From positions 1 through 29,670 of IMG/VR virus record IMGVR_UViG_3300023256_000674: 29,670 nt of DNA; one strand, 5' to 3'. This stretch comes from a virus. Lineage: Duplodnaviria; Caudoviricetes. Under the pieces are notes generated by a model. It saw only the letters and a list, made by a program, of their open reading frames with translations, did not search any database and had not been told where the DNA came from. The number at the start of each line of letters is the position of its first letter. The first letter of the stretch is position 1. This document shows positions 18,001 through 25,836 of the stretch, in pieces. The translations under genes and the position numbers were made by a program.

Positions 18001-19406
18001 TGACAAATAGTATGAACATATCTAAAATTTGGAGAAGTTTCTTTTAACAATCCACCTTCTGATAAAAAATATCCTAAATATTCTAAAAAAACATCACCAT
18101 TAATTTTAACTTCATCTGATAATGTCTTATTATTTGCAGTCAATCCTTTTTTTACTTTTGGAATTATAAAATCATTTAATTCTTCTATCTTATCATCATC
18201 ATAATTAAAATTAGCTTTAATATGTATTTCACTGTTATTAACTTTTCCAATTTCTTCTATTTTATATTCTTTTATTTTTTGTGTTCTATACCATATTTTA
18301 TGATTAGGTGTAATTAATACATCAACATTTTTTGTTTTCATATGTACCATTTTGCCATCATAATCATAAACAAATTTTTCTTTAGGTATATGATACTCTA
18401 TTTTATTTGTATCTTTATTAACAGTAGCTATCTTTTCATTCTTTTTTACTTCCCAATATTTTTTAAATCCATTTTCAGTTAAAACTTCAGTATCTTCTGA
18501 ATGACAAGCATAATTCACTCCTTCAGTTTGTGCTAATACTGCTTTTGGAACACGGAAAATACCAAATATCTTATCTCTTGTAAATCTTTGTTGTTCCAAG
18601 AAGTCCATATCTTTTTGAGTGGTAGCAAATTTTTCAAGTTTCATATCACCAAATAAAACCATTAATTGTTGTGATTTTTTTGTTCCTTTATATTGTTCTT
18701 CTATACTATGCTTTAAAACTTTTTTTTGTTCATCATCCATTTGAACCACATTGACATTCAAAATAGAATCTGGTCTTGCAGAATTTTCAAAAAATTTACT
18801 ATTCCATTCTTCAGCATTAATATCTACATCTACTGACCTTGCAGCAGCTTCTAATGTTCCTAATCCTCTAAATGGTCTTGCTGGGTCTGGAAATTTTATA
18901 AATATAATATTTTCTTTTGGTATAGTTATTTTTTTACCCATACCAACTTCATATCTATAACCACTAATAATAGTTTTTTTATCAGCTATTGGAGTTAACT
19001 TACTTGGGTCTAAAAAGAAAATACCAGTAACACCACTAGCATCTTTTTCTAAATACCAAGGAGATTCTCCAGTTAATTCTAAATAAGCAGAAGTTAACCA
19101 AAAATGGTCAAATTTTGTAGTAAAATCATTGACTTTATATAAAGTATCTAAAATTGGACTATCCGTAACTTCTTCAATTTTATCACCTTTTCTTTTATAT
19201 AATTTTATATCTATTTGAGCTATCTCATCAGCTATAGCAGATGTACATGCAAAAACCCATCCCCTCATTTCTCTCAATAATATTTTCTTTTTTGCATATC
19301 CTAATTCATATTGTCCAGCACCATACAATTCAATACCTGCTGGATTTTTTTTAGAAACTTCTTTTTTTCCAGTGAAAGCATTGAAAATATTTTTTAAATA
19401 TCCCAT
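15099..19406 (-). CDS. HK97-family portal fused to a MuF/SPP1 gp7-like head morphogenesis domain, with two inteins (spliced about 737 aa)
   Basis: Likely start ATG at 19406 (MGYLK). Portal motifs WVFACTSAIA, LELTGESPW, FRGLGTLEAA, FFENSARP, DMDFLE..IFRVP; MuF motifs RAEAIARTET, KEW, C..C, PPLHTN/CRC. Confidence 0.9.
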   Translation of the reverse strand: MGYLKNIFNAFTGKKEVSKKNPAGIELYGAGQYELGYAKKKILLREMRGWVFACTSAIADEIAQIDIKLYKRKGDKIEEVTDSPILDTLYKVNDFTTKFDHFWLTSAYLELTGESPWYLEKDASGVTGIFFLDPSKLTPIADKKTIISGYRYEVGMGKKITIPKENIIFIKFPDPARPFRGLGTLEAAARSVDVDINAEEWNSKFFENSARPDSILNVNVVQMDDEQKKVLKHSIEEQYKGTKKSQQLMVLFGDMKLEKFATTQKDMDFLEQQRFTRDKIFGIFRVPKAVLAQTEGVNYACHSEDTEVLTENGFKKYWEVKKNEKIATVNKDTNKIEYHIPKEKFVYDYDGKMVHMKTKNVDVLITPNHKIWYRTQKIKEYKIEEIGKVNNSEIHIKANFNYDDDKIEELNDFIIPKVKKGLTANNKTLSDEVKINGDVFLEYLGYFLSEGGLLKETSPNFRYVHTICQKKSEENISKMRNCLKKTGFSHTEYKIESGATYWNVYGKAVNSWFRENCGDGCDIKKIPLQFKKLNKRQLRILFDALMLGDGSWDKREDRNSGCYATTSIQLADDVQEIALKLGYSVSIKVHHDTRENRKILYVVNISNRKEHQLRDCKEEINYSGKVWCFEVPNHIFITRRNGKITASGNSAKAANYIFARWTIQPKMERIIEQLNEFYVPMFTGSEEMFLDFTNPIPEDEEVKLKNYTEGIDKWLTTNEVRLAEGLPPVEGGDSIYKPFNLIPIDSDMGMAHESVKFVELKVKGKKDKNIISNIRIKRLNARNPGHKEKAKRIKKSKNEMKEKVKEMLKKEIYNVKKKIIRWSDNKKIHFWKVKDALSRQFIKPVRDKQKKVFEQQRKKVLKNLNKKKAIKASVDISGLQLNKVEEAAITIAVVMPVLEELFKESADETFTFLGVDMVMDTSTEEVQTLLKAETRKFSNSVTKTTNIAIKNQVAEGLKNNESIPQIGKRINNIFDVANKSRAEAIARTETVRYNSAATERAFVESGVVEAKEWNVEPDACQFCAPMTGAIVPLGSSFFDKDVEITGSDGGKMTLDYDTTEYPPLHTNCFIDPQIPIFTSKGWKQIGKIKVDDLVLTHKKRFRKVTKLIRTPKQIPDTTTIKFNFGINKKNKKTTRMQESLTLTSEHPILCNGKWVEANKIKKGDKLEMLANHCQYCNELIPYFQKYCNHTCSSKATTKKQWASEEHRLLMSKKISKSMKNQWRNGDRDWNYKQLKEARKNIKEFKLNNPEIRKKAAKSLGSKNYGKTWLEEKTGWILTKNNIEIEPQYPIKKKEVDSLGRDRYYFADFRVKDTNILIECDGNFWHKDIEKDKERQKEIEDNGFIVLRFLDEQINSNLQSIADEVKLVMANHNDKYRTINVVVDSAKQWKPKKPKMLYNFSVKEDESYIAKGFVVHNCRCQLAPIFIEGRSIKSNK
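15159..16205 (-). mobile_element. Intein in the MuF domain (349 aa) carrying a Vsr/DUF559-like nuclease
   Basis: PPLHTN|CFIDPQIPIFTSKG..TSEHPIL..YNFSVKEDESYIAKGFVVHN|CRC; internal FADFRV..IECDGNFWH..DKERQ..GFIVLRF. Confidence 0.92.
17460..18506 (-). mobile_element. Intein in the portal (349 aa) with a LAGLIDADG endonuclease
   Basis: GVNYA|CHSEDTEVLTENG..TPNHKI..YLGYFLSEG..FDALMLGDG..VWCFEVPNHIFITRRNGKITASGN|SAKA. Confidence 0.92.
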
Positions 19407-19425
19407 ATTTTTAAAAGTAAATAAC

Positions 19426-19454
19426 AAAAAAACATCTTATCATACGATAAAATG
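19426..19454 (-). terminator. Intrinsic terminator just upstream of the portal gene
   Basis: CAUUUUAUC-guau-GAUAAGAUG followed by UUUUUUUGUU, ending about 20 nt before the portal ATG. The stem is AU-rich. Confidence 0.65.
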
Positions 19455-19880
19455 GTTCGTAAACCTAAGACGTTATCATTATCACAGCTTCGTAAAGCCG
19501 AGAACTTATAATTTCGTAAAACTATAAAGTTCGTCTATAAATTTTTTATAATTAACTTTCAGCTGAGGAGTAGTTTAAAGGATGATAGTCCTATACCTAC
19601 TCCCATTTATATACACGTTATTAGAGTAGTCTACGGTTTTGCTAGATATTTACTAAATATACTTCATAAATATCCACTTAAGTTTGACCGTGAGGTGTTC
19701 TAAAACACCACTACTCTATATCACTTGCCATCAGCTCTAATGCCGATAGGGTCTGACGACCCGCAAGGAATAAAATCAGTAAGAGCTAGTCGTTATATAT
19801 CTGTTGCGTGAAAATATAACTAACATCACTCTAAAGTTGCAACTGAAAATTAACTATTTTATATTTTGTATTTTATATAC
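19426..19880 (-). ncRNA. Large structured RNA or leader of unknown class
   Basis: An 18-bp closing helix (19840-19857 with 19548-19565) encloses a multi-stem domain, followed by three UUUACGAA hairpins. Several G.U pairs form only on the minus strand. Bounded by a promoter and a terminator. Confidence 0.72.
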
Positions 19881-19884
19881 CTCT

Positions 19885-19913
19885 ATTATACACCCAAAAC
19901 GATATAATGTCAA
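19885..19913 (-). promoter_or_regulatory. Perfect-consensus sigma70 promoter
   Basis: TTGACA-ttatatcgttttgggtg (17 nt)-TATAAT. Confidence 0.88.
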
Positions 19914-19919
19914 TACCTT

Positions 19920-20114
19920 TTACATTTTATTGAGTGTATTTCTTATATTATCTTTATTTAATATCATTAAAACATCCCCTCTGTATTTAACATTACAATT
20001 TTTACACATATATTCTTTCTTGCTATCAAGGTGTGGCTTGCTAGTTTTTGTAATTATATTATTACAACTTTTTCTTGGACAATACCAAATATATACTATT
20101 CTTTTATTACGCAT
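19920..20114 (-). CDS. Small zinc-ribbon protein
   Basis: Likely start ATG at 20114 (MRNKRIVYIWYCPRKSC..CKNC), overlapping the upstream stop; Cx4C..CxxC. Confidence 0.6.
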   Translation of the reverse strand: MRNKRIVYIWYCPRKSCNNIITKTSKPHLDSKKEYMCKNCNVKYRGDVLMILNKDNIRNTLNKM

Positions 20115-22053
20115 TTTTTTTCTTGATAATTTCAGCAATAAGTGTCTTAAGTTCATTAATTGATAATTTAACATTATATTTTTCATTTAATTCTTTTTTT
20201 CTTAATTCTATTTCTAATTGTCTATTTTGTGGATTTATAAATTTAACTAAGTCATCTAAGTCATAAGCAACTGGATAACCCATAGCCCAACCTATATAAC
20301 TTTTATTATCACTTTTATATTTCCATTTACCTTTTTTACTTTTTGGATTTAAAATAAAATCAACTTTATATTTTTTCAAATCATTAGCCAATATATCCCA
20401 ATTAAATTTGATTGTTTCAAATTCTATTTTTTTACAACCAGTTGGTAATCTATAATCAGCATTTGAAATAACAATAAGTTTTAATTTATGTTTTGCTAAA
20501 AAATTTATTACTGGGTCTAACATACAAAAATTATGTCCATAACCAAACCAAGCAACTACTTTTGCATCTTCATTATTTTGAATAATTTGATTAAATAATT
20601 TCAAATCTATTCTATCTGGAATATAAATAACTGGCTTATCTGTAAAATGTTTTATATCTTCTGCCAATTTTTTTGTTGCACAAGTAATAGCATCAACCTC
20701 TTCAATCATAGCTTTTGTTTGATAACCCCAATGCAAAAAATCGGGGTCACAATTATGAACTATAATACCATCAACAATATAACTGTTATCATCTTCTACT
20801 TCAAAATTATAAACAGTTTCAATTTTATTATTATCAGTAATTGATTTTACTGGATGTGTATAATAACCATTTGATTCTATAACTTCTACATTTTTAGAAA
20901 CCAAACTATTCCAATAATCAATTTTACATTTTTTATATTTTTTTATATTAGTTAAATTATAAAATTTAATAGATTCTATTGGATTAAGTTGTATTCTCCA
21001 TTGTGGCTTACCATAATATTCTCTACCATCTTTATGAATAAATTTATAACTATCACCTTCTCTTTTATGATAATTCATACTAACATTTATTCCACAATCT
21101 CTAAATAATTGCCAAACAGAATAAGCTAATTTCTTTGATATAGTCGATACACTTATACCATTAATATCATTACAATAACCATCACCAGCAATATACCCTT
21201 CTAAAAAATCTAATTTCTCTTCTTTAGTAGCATTAAATATTCTAGCATAAGGAACTTTTTTATCTTTAGATTTGAACTTATCTTTTAATAATTCAACCCA
21301 ATGTTTAGAACTAAAATATACCCTACCAGTATTATCTTTTTCATAATAAGAACTATTAAAACCAAAATTATGAATAATATTTATAATCTTTTTTCTATGT
21401 TCAATTTCATTTTTATGCATAGCAAAACTAACTTGATGGTCACTACAAGAACCTTCTGCACAATAATAACCAGTAAACCAAGCCTCATCTTTATATGCAG
21501 TAAGTTCTTTTTCATTTATATCTCTATTCTTATGAGTAATTAATGTACTACCATTATTTTTTCCTTTAGTAATAATCAAATTATCAACATTAACCCAATT
21601 AAAATTATCAAAAACTTTTCCTTTTTTATTATTATATTTATAATTAGCAGAATATACTGGGTGATTACCAGTTAATTTAATAGAACATAATCCACTAGCT
21701 TTAACATTTTTTGTTTTATCATTTCTAACAAAAATATTTTTAATTTTTTTAAATCTACCTTTATGAGTTAAAATATAATCATTTTCTATGATATCTTTAG
21801 CATATTTCCAACCATCTAAAGTAAAAATTAATGAATTGCCAGATACACATAAATCTAAAATTTTTACTCCTTTAAATAATTTAGCGTGTTTAGGATAATA
21901 AACTTTTTGATAAATTATAGCATCATATTTTTGTCCATACTTAAACTCTTCTGCTTCTTTCCAATAATTTAATAACCAATCACAACGAATAGTTGAACTG
22001 CCAGCCTCATCCATACCTTCAAATTTTTTAAATGAGAATATTCCTATCTTCAT
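20107..22053 (-). CDS. GT-B glycosyltransferase-like protein with a LAGLIDADG intein (spliced about 282 aa)
   Basis: Extein reads GSSTIR..YDAIIYQK..ILDL/CDPD..VDAITCATKKLAE..YIPDRID..VAWFGY..KSDNK..MGYPV. Confidence 0.72.
   Translation of the reverse strand: MKIGIFSFKKFEGMDEAGSSTIRCDWLLNYWKEAEEFKYGQKYDAIIYQKVYYPKHAKLFKGVKILDLCVSGNSLIFTLDGWKYAKDIIENDYILTHKGRFKKIKNIFVRNDKTKNVKASGLCSIKLTGNHPVYSANYKYNNKKGKVFDNFNWVNVDNLIITKGKNNGSTLITHKNRDINEKELTAYKDEAWFTGYYCAEGSCSDHQVSFAMHKNEIEHRKKIINIIHNFGFNSSYYEKDNTGRVYFSSKHWVELLKDKFKSKDKKVPYARIFNATKEEKLDFLEGYIAGDGYCNDINGISVSTISKKLAYSVWQLFRDCGINVSMNYHKREGDSYKFIHKDGREYYGKPQWRIQLNPIESIKFYNLTNIKKYKKCKIDYWNSLVSKNVEVIESNGYYTHPVKSITDNNKIETVYNFEVEDDNSYIVDGIIVHNCDPDFLHWGYQTKAMIEEVDAITCATKKLAEDIKHFTDKPVIYIPDRIDLKLFNQIIQNNEDAKVVAWFGYGHNFCMLDPVINFLAKHKLKLIVISNADYRLPTGCKKIEFETIKFNWDILANDLKKYKVDFILNPKSKKGKWKYKSDNKSYIGWAMGYPVAYDLDDLVKFINPQNRQLEIELRKKELNEKYNVKLSINELKTLIAEIIKKKNA
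20752..21849 (-). mobile_element. Intein (366 aa) with a LAGLIDADG endonuclease
   Basis: ILDL|CVSGNSLIFTLDG..TGNHPV..WFTGYYCAEG..FLEGYIAGDG..VYNFEVEDDNSYIVDGIIVHN|CDPD. Confidence 0.93.
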
Positions 22054-22241
22054 ATTTTTATTTTATTTGTTAATATTTTTCTTAATGTCTTCCAACTTTC
22101 GATAAAATTGTTATCCATCATATATTGATTTTCAAATATAAATTTATGTTTTTTCTTAATATTATTATTCTTTATATTTCTTAATTTTTCATAAGCAATT
22201 CTTCTTTCAGTTTTCTTTTTTTTAGTTTTCATATTATTCAT
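22050..22241 (-). CDS. Small basic hypothetical protein
   Basis: Overlaps both neighbours in operon fashion; no motif recognised. Confidence 0.5.
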   Translation of the reverse strand: MNNMKTKKKKTERRIAYEKLRNIKNNNIKKKHKFIFENQYMMDNNFIESWKTLRKILTNKIKI

Positions 22242-22821
22242 AATTATATTTTTTTAAATTTTTATTATATTTATCGACATCACGTTTATCATCAAAATCT
22301 TGAGTATAGTCTTTTATATATTCAAATTCTCTTTTAAGATAATCTTTTCTTTTACCACCTAAGTAAGCTTGTGCAAAATCCCATAAATTGGATTTAACAA
22401 CATCAACTTTAATAGCAATAATTAATTCTTTAATTACTTTTTCAAATACAGACTCTTTAAAAACTACAGCATATATCTCTTCCCAATTACCAAATATTCT
22501 AAATTCATCATTACATTTTAATATTTTATTTACTAAATTATCTGAATATAAAACATCACCTAATAAAACAATTACTTTATCTTTCCATAATTCTTTAGTA
22601 TTTAATAATGTTTCACAACCACATCTTCCTTTTTCTGGAATAAAATAATTACCAATTTTTAAATTATTGTCATCAGTCACGATAGTAATATCTTCGCCTT
22701 TTTCTTTAAACTGCCTAATAGTTCTTTTTAATAATGGTTCTCCTTTGATATCTATTAGTTGTTTAATACCAGATAAATCCCATCTATCTGTTTTTCCAGT
22801 ACATAAAGATAATATTAACAT
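22234..22821 (-). CDS. NTP-transferase (GT-A-fold nucleotidyl/cytidylyltransferase, LicC/MobA-like)
   Basis: ILSLCTGKTDRW..KQLIDIKGEPLLKRTI, VLLGDV, QDFDD. Confidence 0.72.
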   Translation of the reverse strand: MLILSLCTGKTDRWDLSGIKQLIDIKGEPLLKRTIRQFKEKGEDITIVTDDNNLKIGNYFIPEKGRCGCETLLNTKELWKDKVIVLLGDVLYSDNLVNKILKCNDEFRIFGNWEEIYAVVFKESVFEKVIKELIIAIKVDVVKSNLWDFAQAYLGGKRKDYLKREFEYIKDYTQDFDDKRDVDKYNKNLKKYNYE

Positions 22822-23228
22822 ATGTTTATAATCTTATTTTTTATTTTAGTAGAAGATTGAGGAATATAATATTTTGTTATAATTATTTTACCACCATAGC
22901 TCTTAACATATTCATTGGCTGGTTGTTCTGGATGATTATCACTTTCCATTAATATATGTGGTTTTATTCTTTTAATATTATTTAAAGGAGAATATTCTTT
23001 TTGGATAATTACTTTATTAACATACTTACAAGATTCAAGTATAACTTTTCTTTCTTTATAAGATATTATTGGCTTTGATTTTTTTTCCATACAAGCCCTA
23101 TTACTTAAACATCCAACAATTAAATAATCACAATATTTTTTAGCATTTTGTAAAGCTTTTAAATGACCTATATGAAATAAATCAGCAACTAAATAAGCAT
23201 AACCTATAATCATTTTAAATCCTTCCAA
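22815..23228 (-). CDS. HIGH-motif cytidylyltransferase (TagD/RfaE-II-like)
   Basis: ADLFHIGHLKAL..AKKYCDYLIVG..KPIISYKER..SSTKIK. Confidence 0.88.
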   Translation of the reverse strand: MEGFKMIIGYAYLVADLFHIGHLKALQNAKKYCDYLIVGCLSNRACMEKKSKPIISYKERKVILESCKYVNKVIIQKEYSPLNNIKRIKPHILMESDNHPEQPANEYVKSYGGKIIITKYYIPQSSTKIKNKIINIC

Positions 23229-23326
23229 TTACTATGGGATATTATATTATATACTAACCTTAAAGGAAAAGTTATTATAACTAAAATGATTCTTAATAAA
23301 TTTTTTAATTTCATATAATTAATTTA

Positions 23327-24295
23327 TTATTTAATATCATTCTCTACCATTATTTTGACAAGCTTTTTAAACTTAATTTTTGGACTCCAACCTAATTTCT
23401 TTTTAGCTTTACTTGCATTACCACAAAGTAAGTCAACTTCATTTGGTCTAATATGTCTTTTGTCAAATTTTACATAATCTTTATAATCTAATCCTACTAA
23501 CTTAAATGCTTCTTTACAAAATTCTCTTATAGTATGAGTTTCACCAGTTGCTAATACATAATCATCTGGCTTTTTTTGTTGTAGCATTTTCCACATACCT
23601 TCAACATATTCTGGTGCATAACCCCAATCTCTTTTAGCTTCAAGATTTCCTAAGTTCAATTCTTTTTGTTTTCCTTTTAAAATATTGCCAACAGCAACAG
23701 TTATTTTTCTAGTTACAAAATTTTTACCTCTTCTTTCTGACTCGTGATTAAATAATATTCCACAACTAATAAACATTTTATATGCTTCTCTATATACTTT
23801 ACATAATTGATGAGCATATAATTTTGCTACACCATAAGGACTAACTGGGTCAAAAACAGTATTTTCATCTTGAGGTACTGTATTTGGACTACCTTTAAAT
23901 AATTCAGATGTTGAAGCTTGATATATTTTACAATCTAATTCAAGTATTCTTACTGCTTCTAAAACATTTAATATTCCTAATCCAGTGGCTTGTGCTGTAT
24001 AATATGGTATTTCATAAGATACTGCTACGTGGCTTTGAGCTCCTAAATTATAAATTTCATCTGGCTTAATTTTTTTAATAAGATTTACTATTGAAATATA
24101 ATCTGCTAAATCTCCATAATGTAAAAACAATTTATCTTCGTGGCAAAAATCTCCATACAAATGTTCAATTCTTTCACGATTAAAAGTTGAACTTCTACGA
24201 ACAAGACCATGAACTACATATCCTTTCTTTAATAATAGTTCTGCTAGATATGAACCATCTTGTCCTGTGATGCCAGTAATTAATACTTTCTTCAT
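23327..24295 (-). CDS. gmd: GDP-mannose 4,6-dehydratase
   Basis: LITGITGQDGSYLAE, YNLGAQSHV, YQASTSELF, SPYGVAKLY, GILFNHES, FVTRKIT, GNLEAKRDWG. Confidence 0.96.
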   Translation of the reverse strand: MKKVLITGITGQDGSYLAELLLKKGYVVHGLVRRSSTFNRERIEHLYGDFCHEDKLFLHYGDLADYISIVNLIKKIKPDEIYNLGAQSHVAVSYEIPYYTAQATGLGILNVLEAVRILELDCKIYQASTSELFKGSPNTVPQDENTVFDPVSPYGVAKLYAHQLCKVYREAYKMFISCGILFNHESERRGKNFVTRKITVAVGNILKGKQKELNLGNLEAKRDWGYAPEYVEGMWKMLQQKKPDDYVLATGETHTIREFCKEAFKLVGLDYKDYVKFDKRHIRPNEVDLLCGNASKAKKKLGWSPKIKFKKLVKIMVENDIK

Positions 24296-24302
24296 ATATT
24301 TA

Positions 24303-24506
24303 TTATAAAATTCTTGGAATTTTTAAAATATAACCACACTTACATTTTAATTCATCAAACCCAAAATTAACACCAATTTCAGTTTTACCATTACCAAGTT
24401 CTTTTTTATAATTCTCGTGAATTTTTGAATGACGTATTGTATATACTAATTTACTACCACATTTTTTACACTTAAAATTCATTTTTTTCCCATTAAAAAT
24501 TTTCAT
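24303..24506 (-). CDS. Small zinc-ribbon hypothetical protein
   Basis: CKKC..CKCG. Confidence 0.55.
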   Translation of the reverse strand: MKIFNGKKMNFKCKKCGSKLVYTIRHSKIHENYKKELGNGKTEIGVNFGFDELKCKCGYILKIPRIL

Positions 24507-24531
24507 ATATTTATTTTATTAATAAATTTAT

Positions 24532-24675
24532 TTAGCTAGTAACATCTTTTATTAATATATGTCTTTGTTTAAATATTTTAATACCATAAATTTTCCACCA
24601 AAATAATTCTTCATTTGTCATTCGTCTTGTTTCACTATTAGATTCCATACTAAAATGTTTTTTGTTATATGGCAT
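24532..24675 (-). CDS. Small hypothetical protein (47 aa)
   Basis: MPYNKKHFSM..KDVTS*; fills the gap between co-oriented genes and is below the ORF-track cutoff. Confidence 0.4.
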   Translation of the reverse strand: MPYNKKHFSMESNSETRRMTNEELFWWKIYGIKIFKQRHILIKDVTS

Positions 24676-24695
24676 ACACTCTTATTATTTATTGA

Positions 24696-24887
24696 TTAAA
24701 TTATTTTATATTCTCTTTTACCTTTTTCCAATCTCCATCTTGTTTTATTTAAAGAATAACCATTTACTTGTAAAAAGTTTAAAAAATTACTTGGCAATTC
24801 TTCACTATGTATCTCTAATTTTAATGACTTTCTACACATTAAGTCATCAAAAAGATAATAAATGTAAATTTTTTCTTTTAAATTCAT
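24696..24887 (-). CDS. Hypothetical protein
   Basis: Co-oriented and tightly packed. Confidence 0.5.
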   Translation of the reverse strand: MNLKEKIYIYYLFDDLMCRKSLKLEIHSEELPSNFLNFLQVNGYSLNKTRWRLEKGKREYKII

Positions 24888-24888
24888 A

Positions 24889-25089
24889 TTATTTTTTCTT
24901 TAATCTTTCAAAATATTCTTTAGTTGTTTCGTCATGTTTTTCTTTTCTTGATTTTGTATATTTAGTATAACTATCTTTATCTTTACCTCTCCATTTACCA
25001 GCTTTTTCTGTAGTTCTATAAAATTGAGAATTATACTTACCACTTTTTGCATACTTTGAAGCTCTATGACCTTTTCCTACTCTTGACAT
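24889..25089 (-). CDS. Small basic hypothetical protein
   Basis: Lys/Arg-rich, co-oriented, tightly packed. Confidence 0.55.
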   Translation of the reverse strand: MSRVGKGHRASKYAKSGKYNSQFYRTTEKAGKWRGKDKDSYTKYTKSRKEKHDETTKEYFERLKKK

Positions 25090-25100
25090 ATTATTTTATA

Positions 25101-25337
25101 TTATTTAATTTTACAATTCCTTATATGAGTTATTAAACTTGTTGGAGTAAACTTAATATCTTTATCCCATTCAACAAATCTAGTATCAGCCATTCTAGTA
25201 AAACAATCTAAACAAATAAGATTTTCTCTTTGACTATGATGAGTAGCTAATTCCCAAATATTTCTAGGAACCCAAAAATCAACAGAATATTCTCTATTAC
25301 ATACTGAACATATTTGTCTATGAGGTTTTCTTTTCAT
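25101..25337 (-). CDS. Zinc-finger hypothetical protein
   Basis: CSVC..FWV..IW..ICLDCF. Confidence 0.6.
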   Translation of the reverse strand: MKRKPHRQICSVCNREYSVDFWVPRNIWELATHHSQRENLICLDCFTRMADTRFVEWDKDIKFTPTSLITHIRNCKIK

Positions 25338-25338
25338 A

Positions 25339-25836
25339 TTATTTTATTCCTTTAACACATAAATTATATTCTTCATTATGAGAACTATATTCTGGTTGTT
25401 TAATTCTTTCTATATCTCTAAATCCAGCTTTCTCAAGCCAATATTTTAACAAATCAAAATCAAATTGATATCTTAATCCTAAACCATCATCTTTATTATT
25501 TCCAAATAAACTATACATTACATTCTTTGCTGACTTCTTATCTTTAATATATTCTTCTACTTGTTTTTCAAAGTCTGTAGTTTCAATTATTAATATACCA
25601 TCTTCTTTTAATAATCCTTTCCATATCTTTAATGCTTTTAATAATTTCCTTTCTGGAATACACATTAAACTATGTGAAGAATATATCTTTTCAATCGAAT
25701 TAAGTCCAAAGATTTTAGTAACTTCAAACAACGTTGCTATGTCATCAGTAATTTCAGCCTTATAAGAATATAAATCTACATTTACATAACCATTAAGACA
25801 TTTTTTCCCAGAACCTAAATTTAACCTTATTTGCAT
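25339..25836 (-). CDS. Class I SAM-dependent methyltransferase (glycan-cluster type)
   Basis: RLNLGSG..GYVNVD..IYSSHSL..LLKEDGIL..LEKAGF. Confidence 0.82.
   Translation of the reverse strand: MQIRLNLGSGKKCLNGYVNVDLYSYKAEITDDIATLFEVTKIFGLNSIEKIYSSHSLMCIPERKLLKALKIWKGLLKEDGILIIETTDFEKQVEEYIKDKKSAKNVMYSLFGNNKDDGLGLRYQFDFDLLKYWLEKAGFRDIERIKQPEYSSHNEEYNLCVKGIK

Noticed and set aside
15159-18506. Both portal-gene inteins are exactly 349 aa
   Set aside because: Their sequences and nuclease families differ, so this is treated as coincidence.
19548-19857. tmRNA, RNase P, hammerhead (plus-strand CTGAGGA near 19563) or c-di-GMP-I riboswitch (CAAAC..GCAAAACC)
   Set aside because: No tRNA-like ends or P4 consensus, no GAAA after the would-be hammerhead stem II, and the riboswitch resemblance is only fragmentary.
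611-24970. All plus-strand ORFs in the track (e.g. 11691..12164, 12440..12895, 14305..14808, 19804..20163)
   Set aside because: They are antisense shadows of Lys/Glu-rich minus-strand genes, Phe/Leu/Ser-rich and without motifs.
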